A DNA stretch of 50,137 nt from Deltaproteobacteria bacterium (GTDB lineage Bacteria; Myxococcota_A; UBA9042; DTJE01; S145-11). The translations under genes were made by a program, and so were the position numbers. Under the pieces are notes generated by a model. The model ran no database searches, had not been told where the DNA came from, and was given only the letters and a program-made list of their open reading frames with translations. The number at the start of each line of letters is the position of its first letter. Within the stretch, counting starts at the first letter, position 1. Positions 10,097-19,773 of the stretch are shown here, one piece after another. The stretch covers positions 1-50,137 of the forward strand of contig WGCQ01000272.1 of the NCBI GenBank assembly GCA_015493765.1, written 5' to 3'.

Positions 10097-13000
10097 ATGA
10101 TAAATTTATATACAAGCAACCGCATGGAAGTGCTGGTCAACAGGCTGGCAGGGAATATCAATGACAACATGGACCCGTTCGCGAGGCCTGCGATAGTGGT
10201 TCAAAGCAAGGGTATGCAGCGCTGGGTCAGCCTGAGGCTGGCTGAACAACTGGGCGTGGTCGCAAATATCGATTTCCCGTTTCCCAGGGCGTTCATACTG
10301 GGGGTCCTGCGTGAATGCACGGACCTGAGAGGCCAGGACCCGTTTTCGGTTGAGTCCATGGCCTGGCGAATCTATGCTGCGGACCGCTCGATCCTGCCTG
10401 AAAAGGTGCGGGAGTACGTCGAAGGGTCCCCGTTGAAGGCGTATCAACTGGCCATGCGCCTGGCAAACCTGTTTTCCGATTACATGCAGTACAGGCCCGC
10501 GTTAATCATGCAGTGGTCAGGGTTGAATGTGCCGAAGGGTGTGGATATTCCACCTTTGGAAAAGAAGGACGAATGGCAGCGGGAACTGTGGAAAATGCTG
10601 CTTCAGGGCAATGAAAAACACCTGCTGACCGCCAGGTTGATGGATTTCCTGCACATGGACGAAGCAGGCGGTGATTGTCACCTGCCCCCCGGGGTGCACC
10701 TGTTTGGCATGTCATCGCTGTCCCCATTGTACCTGAATTTTTTCCAGCATTTATCACGATTTACCGGTGTGTCACTGTACTACCTGTCACCCACAAAGGA
10801 ATTCTGGGCCTACACGGTTTCCGAAAGACAGCAGATTAAAACGGTGTTAAAGGATGGCAAGGCCGCGTACCTGGATGTGGGCAACCCCCTGTTGTCGTCA
10901 CTGGGTGTGCTGTCGCGTAATTATTCAAAACTGGTATTGTCAATGGACTTTGTCGAACAGGGGGAGGAAGAATTCCGGGAAAACAACCAGGATGAGGACC
11001 TGCTGCACCAGGTGCAAAACGACATGCTGAAACTGGAAAACCCCGCAAAAGGATGCAAGCGCGTGGTCCGTCCGGGGGACCGCAGCCTGATGTTTCATGT
11101 CTGCCATTCGCCCATGCGCGAGGTGGAAGTCCTGAGGGACCAGTTGCTGCTGCTCATGCGGGATCGAGGGGTCCAGCCCTACGATGTGCTGGTCATGACG
11201 CCGGATATGGACAAGTACGCACCCTACATAGAGGCCGTGTTCGGCAATCCGGAAACCAGGGAAACCAGCATCCCCTATACCATTGCCGATGCGCCTCCCA
11301 TGGCCGGAAACCAGGTGCTAAAACTGGTCATGGACCTGGCAAACCTGCCCCAGTCCAGGTTCCGGTTGAGCGAGGTGCTGGCGCTGTTCGAAAACCCGGT
11401 GGTTTACCCGAAATTCGGGCTGGACGAGGATGACCTGCCCCAGGTGAGGTCCTGGCTGGAGGAGTCGGGTATCAGGTGGGGATTGGACGCGGATTTTCGG
11501 AAACGGGAACTGGGTGGTAAGGCTGGATTCGAGGCGAATTCCTGGGAGTTCGGTGTCAACAGGCTGCTGTTGGGGTGGGCCATGGCACAGGGCAGGTGGC
11601 AGGGCATTGCACCCTTGGACATACCATCCAGCCTGGTGGAGGTGATGGGCGGTTTCGTGGAGTTCGTACAGCGGCTGAAGTGGTGGTACAACGAACTGAA
11701 GCACCCGCATAACCCGTTGCAGTGGCAGGAACTGTTTTCCGAAATGACATCCGAGGAACACGGGTTGCTCCACGGGCGTGACAGGGAGGTGGACAGGACC
11801 TTCGTGGAATTTACGGGGCAAATGGCGCGGCTCGTCGGCAACATGGCTGCGGTGCAGGGGGAGTGTGTGCCGGTTGACGTGATGAGGCAGGCGATCGAGG
11901 ATGCAATACTGGACCGGGAAAGCGCAATGAATTTCCTGTTTGGCGGGGTGACCTTTTGCAGGATGCGGCCCATGCGCAGCATACCGGCAAAGGTGATTTG
12001 GCTGTTGGGCATGGACGACGGTGTATTTCCCCGCAGCGGACGCAGGCCGGATTTCGACATTACAGGCCAAAAACCCAGGCCCGGGGACCGCAATCCCAGG
12101 CTGGACGACCGGAACCTGTTCCTGGAGACCCTGTTGTCGGTTCGGCAAACCCTGGTTATCAGCCACGTCGGCCGCGGATTGATCGACAATGCCCCGAAAC
12201 CGGCTTCCGTGGTGGTGGAGGAACTGAAAAACTATGTCCGGCGGTATTTTGTCCTGCCCGGCCAGGCGCCTGACAACCGGGATGCCCTGATCGAAGCCCT
12301 GACAACGGTACACCCGCTGCAGGCGTTTTCGCCCAGGTATTTCCAGTCGCGGGAATTGAGGAGTTTTTCCATCCAGAACCTGGAGGGTGCCAGGGCTGCA
12401 TTGTCAAAAAGGACACGGCCTGTGGAGCCCTGGAAGGTCCGACGCGTGAGCGGTGAACTGCCGACCGAACTGGATGCAAACCAGTTGATTTCCTTCCTGA
12501 AAAGGCCGTCAAAGGCCTTTTTGGAACACTGCGTGGGCATAAAGGTGAGGGACACGCCGGAGTGGCTGCCTCAGGACGATGAGCCCATGGCGTGTGCCCT
12601 CGATTTTTTCCGGGAAAGCGACGCGCTGGCGGCATTGTTACAGGGTGGGAGCCAGCGGGAAATCCTGGACCAGTGGAACGCGGAAGGCATACTGCCGCCT
12701 GGCAAGTTCGGCCAGGAAAGGTGCGGGCTGCTGTTGGATGAACTGCAAAAATTTGCAGATAAAACAAAGGGATACGGATGGCAACAGCGACTGGCACACA
12801 TGGTTGACGTGAAGCTGGACAAGGTTCGGGTACGCGGGAGGATCAGTATTGATGGGACGGCGGATAATCAATTGATGGTGTACAGGTATTCCAAGAACCA
12901 GGGGTCCGTGTTGCTGGAGGGCTGGGTCAAGGGCCTGGTGCTGGTGGCGTCCGGCGTACTTATGGTGGACAGGGTCCGGTGCGTGTTCAGGGAAAGGGAC

Positions 13001-13363
13001 AAGGGCTATGCAACGGCATTGGACCTGAAGATACCGCAACCGGAGGATGCCTTGAAGATACTGAATGACCTGGTGGGATTGTACATCGAGGGTATGCAAA
13101 CCCCCCTGCCCTTTTTTGTGCACACGTCCTTTGCATACAAGAACCATGGCAAGAAGTTGCCTGAGGATGCGGCCAGGGCGGAATGGGAGCCCTCTTTTCA
13201 CCGGCCGGGCGAGTATGCGGCCGATGGAAACGACTTGCTGTTCCCGATGGACCTGCTGGACCAGGATGCCCACCCGGAACTGCTCGAGCGTTTCAAAAAG
13301 GCGGCGGAACTGGTGTTTGGCCAAATGACTAAGGCTGCCGGAATAGGAGTGCAAGATGCCTGA
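10097..13363 (+). CDS. recC: Exodeoxyribonuclease V gamma subunit
   Basis: MINLYTSNRMEVL…IVVQSKGMQRWV, GNPLLSSLG, CHSPMREVEVL, PMRSIP, HPLQAFS; ATG 10097 (the upstream ORF extension is repeat-derived). Confidence 0.95.
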   Translation: MINLYTSNRMEVLVNRLAGNINDNMDPFARPAIVVQSKGMQRWVSLRLAEQLGVVANIDFPFPRAFILGVLRECTDLRGQDPFSVESMAWRIYAADRSILPEKVREYVEGSPLKAYQLAMRLANLFSDYMQYRPALIMQWSGLNVPKGVDIPPLEKKDEWQRELWKMLLQGNEKHLLTARLMDFLHMDEAGGDCHLPPGVHLFGMSSLSPLYLNFFQHLSRFTGVSLYYLSPTKEFWAYTVSERQQIKTVLKDGKAAYLDVGNPLLSSLGVLSRNYSKLVLSMDFVEQGEEEFRENNQDEDLLHQVQNDMLKLENPAKGCKRVVRPGDRSLMFHVCHSPMREVEVLRDQLLLLMRDRGVQPYDVLVMTPDMDKYAPYIEAVFGNPETRETSIPYTIADAPPMAGNQVLKLVMDLANLPQSRFRLSEVLALFENPVVYPKFGLDEDDLPQVRSWLEESGIRWGLDADFRKRELGGKAGFEANSWEFGVNRLLLGWAMAQGRWQGIAPLDIPSSLVEVMGGFVEFVQRLKWWYNELKHPHNPLQWQELFSEMTSEEHGLLHGRDREVDRTFVEFTGQMARLVGNMAAVQGECVPVDVMRQAIEDAILDRESAMNFLFGGVTFCRMRPMRSIPAKVIWLLGMDDGVFPRSGRRPDFDITGQKPRPGDRNPRLDDRNLFLETLLSVRQTLVISHVGRGLIDNAPKPASVVVEELKNYVRRYFVLPGQAPDNRDALIEALTTVHPLQAFSPRYFQSRELRSFSIQNLEGARAALSKRTRPVEPWKVRRVSGELPTELDANQLISFLKRPSKAFLEHCVGIKVRDTPEWLPQDDEPMACALDFFRESDALAALLQGGSQREILDQWNAEGILPPGKFGQERCGLLLDELQKFADKTKGYGWQQRLAHMVDVKLDKVRVRGRISIDGTADNQLMVYRYSKNQGSVLLEGWVKGLVLVASGVLMVDRVRCVFRERDKGYATALDLKIPQPEDALKILNDLVGLYIEGMQTPLPFFVHTSFAYKNHGKKLPEDAARAEWEPSFHRPGEYAADGNDLLFPMDLLDQDAHPELLERFKKAAELVFGQMTKAAGIGVQDA

Positions 13364-16300
13364 TTCACTGAATTTTATGACGATTCCGTTGCAAGGGGTG
13401 CACCTGATAGAGGCCAGTGCCGGCACGGGCAAGACATACACCATTGAAAAACTGTACCTTCGGTTGGTGCTGGAACGCGGGTTGCAGGTCGATGACATGC
13501 TGGTGGTGACCTTTACCGAGGCCGCAACCAAGGAATTGAGAGACCGTTTGCGCAGCAGCCTGGAAACGGCGCTGGATGCGGTGGAGGGCCTGGGCAATCC
13601 CACGGGCGACGAGGCACGGATCGTGGAACAGGCCAGTGGCAAGGTGGACGACAAGCGCAACCGGCTGCGCCTGGCACTGGTCAGTTTCGACCAGGCCGCG
13701 ATCTTTACGATTCACGGCTTTTGCCAGCGCATGCTGGGGGATTATGCATTCGAAAACAGGGCCTTGTTTAACATGGAGGTCCTGCCGGATGACACCGAAC
13801 TGATCGCCCAGGTGGTCGGGGATTTTTGGCGGCAGTACTATGACCAGGACCTTGATTTCCTGGTGGGTGAAGCGGATATCTTGAAGAAACTCCGGGAACT
13901 GGCACGGGTGCTCAGGGGCAACCCGGACCTGGAAATCCGGGCCGACGCCCAGGATGATGTGACGGCCTTTCTGGAGGCATTTACAGGGTATTTTCACAAG
14001 GCCTATCCCGAACTAAAAAAACGACTTGGCGTGTTGACCTTTGACGACATGCTGCGCCTGGTGCGTGACGGGCTGAGGGCGTCACCATCGTATGCGGATG
14101 TGCTACGCAAACGATACAAGGCGGCCATGATAGACGAGTTCCAGGACACGGACCCGGTACAGTACGAGATATTCCGTCGTATATTCGTCGAAAATCCGGA
14201 TCCGGACAAGGCGGTTTATTTTATCGGTGACCCCAAGCAATCGATCTACCGGTTTCGCGGTGCGGACATCTATGCGTACCTGAATGCGAAGGACGCGGTG
14301 GACCGGGAGTGGGAACTGGATACGAACTACAGGTCCGTGTCCCTGCTGGTGGATGCGGTTAACCTGCTGTTTCAGCAGGTGGACAATCCGTTTGTGGAAA
14401 AAAAGATCCGGTTCATTCCGGTACGGGCGCACAGGCAAACCAGGGACATCGAGCCCAGGATGCATGTAATGACCCTGTCAAAAACCAGGGATGTAAAGAG
14501 GCCAGAGCAAGGGGCCTTGAACAAATACGAGTCCGAGTACCTTACCGTAAAGGCCGTGACCGCTGAGGTGGTGCGCCTGCTGAAACACGGTTATGTGTCC
14601 GGCGGTGAAAGAAAAGGTGTCAGGCCCTCGGATATCGCGATCCTGGTTGATACCAACGCGCACGCGGCTGATGTACACAACGCCTTGTCACGGGCAGGCG
14701 TGCCAAGTGTGCTGAAACGCACGGGCGATGTGTTTGCCTCGAAGGAGGCGGGGTACATGCTGGACCTGATGAATGCTGCTGCTGCGCCGTCGGACCGGAC
14801 GATTAGGCCGGCCCTGGTATCGCCCGTAATAGGCGTGAACATGCAGGACCTGATCGACAAGGGCGAGGACCTGGTGCCCAAATACTACGAACACTTCCTG
14901 CGTTTCAGGACCCGGTGGCTGGAGGAAGGGTTTATGGCCATGTTCACCGAGATGGCCAACACCCTGGAATTGAGGAAACATACGCTGTCCCTGGCCGACG
15001 GCGAGCGTGTTTTGACGAACGTGCTGCACCTGGCGGAACTGCTGCACCAGGCGGAGAAGGAGGGGTACGACAGCCCAATGGCCCTGATCACATGGCTGGG
15101 CAGGAGGATTGCCGAGACCCGGGACCATTCGTCGCAGTCCGAGGAGAGGGAAATCAGGTTGGAGCGGGATGATGAGGCACTAACCATAGCCACGGTGCAT
15201 GCCAGCAAGGGGCTGGAGTACAAAATCGTGTTTTGCGCGTACGAATGGGCCAGGACAAAAAAGAAACGCAGGGAGGAGCACTTTGTGCCCTTGTATGACG
15301 CAGGCGGGCATGGCAGGGTCCTGGACCTGGGTAAGCCCCAATTGACGGCCCTGGAAAGGGAGCGGGAAGCGGAAAACATGAGGCTGTTTTACGTGGCCGT
15401 GACCCGGGCCAGGGAATTGTGTTACCTGGTGGTGCCCCGGTACCAGATACTAACAAAGAAGGGCGCCCAGAGGAGGGGCTCAGGCCTGCAATGCAGCCCG
15501 TTTGGGACACTGACAGGCAAGGCACAGGTGACAGAAATCATACAGGCCATGGAGCGGCTGGATAATGGGCTGTTTTATCGGCACCAGTTGACGCCTGACA
15601 ATATAAAAATCGAGGATTACCAGGTGGTTGCGAATAAAGGGGAGGGCACCTTGCAGGCTGAGAAGTTTACCGGGGACATCGACCGCGAGTACAGGATCGC
15701 CAGTTTCAGCAGCCTGAAGCATGGGGCTGCAAAGGAGATCCCGGAGGCCCTGGAAAAGGCGGTGGAGGAGGAGGTCCTGGATGCGGTGGAAGCAGGGGCG
15801 GCGGATGTCCTGCCGAAGGGTGCTGCCACGGGGTCTGCTGTGCACGGGGTCTTTGAGGTGGTCGATTTTACGGACCTGCATGCCCTGGATGAGGTCGTGG
15901 ATGCCAGGGTAAGGGAGTTCGGACTGGACAGGTTGGCCGACCCTCAGCAGGTGCGCAGGGCCATGGGTGACATGGTCAGGCGTGTACTGGAGGCGGAAAT
16001 ACGACCCGGGTTGCGCCTGAACACGGTGGGGTCAGGGGATTGCGTCAAGGAGATGAAATTCTTTTACACGCTGGCCAATGGGGGACTTTGGCGGATGGGC
16101 CAATTATTCGAACACTACGGCCGTAAGGACCTGCTGGCCACTATCGAACGCCTGGGCAGGCACGATATACACGGGTTCATGACCGGTTCGATCGATTTAC
16201 TGTTCAGGCATGGCGGCAAATACTACGTGCTGGATTGGAAAACGAATCACCTGGGCGATTCCCCGGATGCCTATTCGCCGGAGGCAGTGGAACGCGTGAT

Positions 16301-16538
16301 GGATGAGGCCATGTACAAGTTGCAGTACATCATTTACACCGTGGCGGCGGACTTATTCCTGAGGCAACGCCTGGGCAAGGGGTATGATTATGGTCAGGAC
16401 TTTGGGGGCGTACTGTACGTGTTTACCCGGGGGATTGACCACAACCGGGGGCCGGGCCACGCCGTTTACCATGACATACCGGACAGGGGCCTGGTGCAGG
16501 ACCTGGAGGCATGTCTGACAGGGGGCAAAGATGCTTGA
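13356..16538 (+). CDS. recB: Exodeoxyribonuclease V beta subunit
   Basis: IEASAGTGKT, DEFQDTD, GDPKQSIYRFRGAD, TVHASKGLEY, YVAVTRA and nuclease motif GSIDL…YYVLDWKTN. Confidence 0.96.
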   Translation: MPDSLNFMTIPLQGVHLIEASAGTGKTYTIEKLYLRLVLERGLQVDDMLVVTFTEAATKELRDRLRSSLETALDAVEGLGNPTGDEARIVEQASGKVDDKRNRLRLALVSFDQAAIFTIHGFCQRMLGDYAFENRALFNMEVLPDDTELIAQVVGDFWRQYYDQDLDFLVGEADILKKLRELARVLRGNPDLEIRADAQDDVTAFLEAFTGYFHKAYPELKKRLGVLTFDDMLRLVRDGLRASPSYADVLRKRYKAAMIDEFQDTDPVQYEIFRRIFVENPDPDKAVYFIGDPKQSIYRFRGADIYAYLNAKDAVDREWELDTNYRSVSLLVDAVNLLFQQVDNPFVEKKIRFIPVRAHRQTRDIEPRMHVMTLSKTRDVKRPEQGALNKYESEYLTVKAVTAEVVRLLKHGYVSGGERKGVRPSDIAILVDTNAHAADVHNALSRAGVPSVLKRTGDVFASKEAGYMLDLMNAAAAPSDRTIRPALVSPVIGVNMQDLIDKGEDLVPKYYEHFLRFRTRWLEEGFMAMFTEMANTLELRKHTLSLADGERVLTNVLHLAELLHQAEKEGYDSPMALITWLGRRIAETRDHSSQSEEREIRLERDDEALTIATVHASKGLEYKIVFCAYEWARTKKKRREEHFVPLYDAGGHGRVLDLGKPQLTALEREREAENMRLFYVAVTRARELCYLVVPRYQILTKKGAQRRGSGLQCSPFGTLTGKAQVTEIIQAMERLDNGLFYRHQLTPDNIKIEDYQVVANKGEGTLQAEKFTGDIDREYRIASFSSLKHGAAKEIPEALEKAVEEEVLDAVEAGAADVLPKGAATGSAVHGVFEVVDFTDLHALDEVVDARVREFGLDRLADPQQVRRAMGDMVRRVLEAEIRPGLRLNTVGSGDCVKEMKFFYTLANGGLWRMGQLFEHYGRKDLLATIERLGRHDIHGFMTGSIDLLFRHGGKYYVLDWKTNHLGDSPDAYSPEAVERVMDEAMYKLQYIIYTVAADLFLRQRLGKGYDYGQDFGGVLYVFTRGIDHNRGPGHAVYHDIPDRGLVQDLEACLTGGKDA

Positions 16539-18450
16539 ATGCGAAAAATTGAAAGGTAAATACGCCTGTCCCTGGTTCAAGGCCGTGGACCATCACTTCG
16601 CGGGATTGCTGTGCAGGTATTCCGAAAACTGCGACAGCAGTGGACTGTACCTGAGTAGCCTGGTGCTCAGCGCCATGACCAGGGCCGGCCATGCGGCGAT
16701 CGATTTAAAGGCGCTGGCCGGCAAGGATATTGGTGTACTGTCACAGGACAAGGGGTGCGCGGGCAGGTTACCGGAATACGGACAATGGAAAGGGGCGCTG
16801 AGGGCGTGCCAGGACGTGGTCGGGGACAGGACGCATACTGACAGGCCGCTGGTGTTGGATAACGATTTGTTATATTTGAATAAATTTTGGAAATACGAGG
16901 TTTTTACAGCCAAACGGATCCTGGCGATGTCCCGGCGGACGCACCGGTTCCAGAGGCACGCACTGACCGGCAAACTGTTTCCTTGTGAACCGGATGACAT
17001 CAACTACCAGTTCGTGGCCGCAGCAGCCACCATGGGTGCAAATTTTACGGTGATCACCGGCGGTCCTGGTACGGGCAAAACCTATACGGCGGCCCGGGTC
17101 CTGGCCTTGCACCTTGCGGTCAATCCGGACATGGTGATTCGGCTGGCAGCGCCCACGGGCAAGGCGGCCCAGCGCCTGGGCGAGGCGATCAAGGCGGCCA
17201 AGGCAGGGCTGGCCGGCATACTGGACCGGCAGACCCTGGATATTATACCGGAACAGGCGACCACGCTGCACAGGCTGCTGGGTTACCACCCTGATGTTGG
17301 ATTCAGGTTCAACGCCGAAAACCCGTTGCCCGTGGACATGGTGATCGTGGATGAGGCTTCCATGGTGGACCTGCCGCTGTTTGCTGCATTGTTCGAGGCC
17401 TTGCCAGGGGATGCGGCGTTGGTGCTGCTGGGTGACAAGGACCAGTTGGCATCCGTTGAAACGGGCAGCGTGTTTCACGAATTGACCGGTCCGGGGATGT
17501 TGAATCGTTTCGACCGGGATTTTGTGTCAGGACTGGACCTGTTGGGATACCGGGGAAAGCCACTGCCCACAACAGGCCAGGGAACATTGCAGGGCCGGGT
17601 TATCCGTTTGATAAAGAACCACAGGGTGGCAGGCGGCAGCGGCATAGGTGTGGCAGCAGTGCTGGTAAACCATGCGCAGGATGCACAGGATGTGGCGGGG
17701 CTGATAGATGTATTGCGTACGGGCCGCCTGGAGGATGAGAGATTCAGGAAACTGGTGTATGAAAACACCGGCATCCAGCCCGGGGACCGGTTCGACGACC
17801 TGGAATGGAGACAGGTGGAAGAACCGGAAGATGCGCTGAGGAGGGCCGTGGGGCCAGGAAACATATTGTCCGGTTTCACCGGGTACAGGGAAAAGGTGGA
17901 CCTGGCGGCAAAAGGCAGGGCAAATCCGCAGGAGGTGATGGACAGCCTGGCGCGTTTCAGGGTCCTGTGTGCCACCAACGGGGGTGATTTTGGCGTGACA
18001 GGCGTAAACCGGGTGTTTGACCGCCTTATGGGGCACGCTCCGGATGAACCGTGGTACCACGGCAGGGCTGTCATGGTCCTGCACAACGACTACAACCTGA
18101 ACTTGATGAACGGCGATGTGGGCGTGGTGCTAAGGGCGCAGTCCGGATTGCGGGCGTATTTTCCGGCAGAAGGTGGCGGACTGAGGAGTTTTCCCGTTTC
18201 CTCGCTGCCGCCTAACCAGACTGCCTTTGCCATGACCATACACAAAAGCCAGGGCTCCGAGTTCGACCAGGTCCTGGTTCTTTTGCCCGCGACGGATAAC
18301 CCCGTGCTGACAAAAGAATTGATATACACCGGCATTACGCGTGCCCGCAAAACTGTGGCAATATGGTCCACGCCCGAGGTTTTTACCAATGCCGTGCTCA
18401 GGCGTACCCGTCGCGTGTCAGGCCTGCTTGGGCGGCTGAAACAGCAGTAA
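16531..18450 (+). CDS. recD: Exodeoxyribonuclease V alpha subunit
   Basis: ITGGPGTGKT, APTGKAA, TLHRLL, VDEASM, LGDKDQL, AMTIHKSQGSEF, YTGITRAR. Confidence 0.96.
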   Translation: MLECEKLKGKYACPWFKAVDHHFAGLLCRYSENCDSSGLYLSSLVLSAMTRAGHAAIDLKALAGKDIGVLSQDKGCAGRLPEYGQWKGALRACQDVVGDRTHTDRPLVLDNDLLYLNKFWKYEVFTAKRILAMSRRTHRFQRHALTGKLFPCEPDDINYQFVAAAATMGANFTVITGGPGTGKTYTAARVLALHLAVNPDMVIRLAAPTGKAAQRLGEAIKAAKAGLAGILDRQTLDIIPEQATTLHRLLGYHPDVGFRFNAENPLPVDMVIVDEASMVDLPLFAALFEALPGDAALVLLGDKDQLASVETGSVFHELTGPGMLNRFDRDFVSGLDLLGYRGKPLPTTGQGTLQGRVIRLIKNHRVAGGSGIGVAAVLVNHAQDAQDVAGLIDVLRTGRLEDERFRKLVYENTGIQPGDRFDDLEWRQVEEPEDALRRAVGPGNILSGFTGYREKVDLAAKGRANPQEVMDSLARFRVLCATNGGDFGVTGVNRVFDRLMGHAPDEPWYHGRAVMVLHNDYNLNLMNGDVGVVLRAQSGLRAYFPAEGGGLRSFPVSSLPPNQTAFAMTIHKSQGSEFDQVLVLLPATDNPVLTKELIYTGITRARKTVAIWSTPEVFTNAVLRRTRRVSGLLGRLKQQ

Positions 18451-18642
18451 GTGGCCGTTGACCGCTGGCCGTGGGCGGTGGGGATCGTGGTGGTGACGAG
18501 CGCAGGCGTCTCGAGGGTGTGTAAAGTCCCCCCTGGGATCGCCGGCTTCCAGCCGGCATCTTAAATTGTCTTTATTTTCAATTTGTTACAACTTTTTTCA
18601 CGTTTCAATCCAGGGACAGACACATAGGTCTGCCCCTACGAT
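18451..18642. repeat. Partial MITE B (from 18513, reverse) and a GTAG-type REP hairpin (18611-18640)
   Basis: GAGGGTGTGTAAAGTC end, CTGGGATCGCCGGCTTCCAGCCGGC hairpin; minus strand GTAGGGGCAGACCTATGTGTCTGTCCCTG. Confidence 0.7.
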
Positions 18643-18704
18643 CCAATGCGAAATCCATCAAATCAGCACCATCCTTGCCCACCTTTCCGAGGCCGTGATA
18701 CAAC

Positions 18705-18845
18705 AGTCCGGATTTTCGGACACCTGGTCCGGATGTGTCCGGATTGCCGGACTGTCGGTTTCCATTACCAAGTATGCATAGTGGCTTAATCTATTGATGT
18801 TACAGCATTATTTTATTTGATATGCGTTTTGGCACATCCATTGCA
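18705..18845 (+). promoter_or_regulatory. Sigma-54 promoter (18830-18845) with two upstream palindromic enhancer-like sites and an IHF-like AT tract
   Basis: TGGCAC-ATCCA-TTGCA; palindromes at 18705-18722 and 18736-18753; CATCAATAGATTA on the minus strand near 18787-18799. Confidence 0.8.
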
Positions 18846-18855
18846 ATTAGATGTC

Positions 18856-19045
18856 TTGTCCCTTTCGGGACGTTTGACAGGGCGACCGCGGTGGTCAAAC
18901 AGCGCGCGCGGGGTTTAACCCCACAGACCTTTGGTGGTGGAACAGGTCTGTCCCCAGGCCTGAAACTGGCTCGGTGTGCCGGCGGGGGAGGGCCCATGCG
19001 TTAGCCCGTCCTGCGTCCTCACGCTCGCCACCAGGGGCCGAGGCC
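18856..19045 (+). ncRNA. Putative sigma-54-dependent structured small RNA
   Basis: Consecutive hairpins directly after the predicted start site; no credible CDS or RBS. Confidence 0.45.
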
Positions 19046-19064
19046 CTGGGAGCGCCGGCTTCCA

Positions 19065-19228
19065 GAGGGTGTTGAGCAAGCCGTTATATTACACAACATA
19101 CATTTGGCATTGTGGTGCAACATACTGAATTTACACAATATTCGTATGGGCGGGTTCTAAACCCGACCTGAAATTACCATCAAATCAACATCCTTTGTCC
19201 TCAAATTTGACCGCTAATTTTGGGGTGC
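19065..19228 (-). mobile_element. MITE A copy (19065-19195) followed by a MITE C end
   Basis: Reverse complement resembles 251-379 and 26403-26518; CCTCAAATTTGACcgcTAATTTTGGGG matches 31030-31056. Confidence 0.7.
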
Positions 19229-19326
19229 CGTGAGCACTTGACAAAACGCGAATGATGCATATCTATTAAGCGTGGCCCGGAAAGGCCAACCGGGCCTGAA
19301 AATCAACAAAAACAAGGAGGTGCATC

Positions 19327-19773
19327 ATGTTGGTGAGATGGGATCCTTTTAAAGAAATTGAACGTTTGCATGACGAAATCAACAAGGTATTCAATACGAG
19401 CAGGGTGCCTTCTCTGCAGGAAGGCGAAGAAAAGGTTACCTGGTACCCGATGGTTGACATCTACGAGGACGCTGAAAATGTAAGGATCACGGCGGAACTG
19501 CCGGGGATCGACCCCAAAAACGTGGATGTCCAGGTAAACGGGGACGTGTTGACCCTGCGCGGTGAACGCAAACTGGAAAAAGAGGACAAAAAGGAAAACT
19601 ATGTCCGGGTGGAAAGGGCATACGGCACGTTCATGAGGAGTTTCACCCTGCCTGAGTACGTAGATGCCAACAAGATCAAGGCAGAATACAAAAAGGGTGT
19701 GCTTACTCTGACATTGCCGAAGAAACCCGAGACCAAGCCGAAACAGATATCCATCAAGGTCCAGGGTGACTGA
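19327..19773 (+). CDS. Hsp20/alpha-crystallin small heat shock protein
   Basis: WDPF N-terminus, PMVDIYE, AELPG, LTLRGERK, ERAYGTFMRSFTLP, GVLTLTLPK, C-terminal I-x-I; AAGGAGG RBS. Confidence 0.95.
   Translation: MLVRWDPFKEIERLHDEINKVFNTSRVPSLQEGEEKVTWYPMVDIYEDAENVRITAELPGIDPKNVDVQVNGDVLTLRGERKLEKEDKKENYVRVERAYGTFMRSFTLPEYVDANKIKAEYKKGVLTLTLPKKPETKPKQISIKVQGD

Noticed and set aside
18822-19004. 60-aa ORF over the candidate ncRNA
   Set aside because: It starts upstream of the sigma-54 box, has no RBS and no recognisable protein features.
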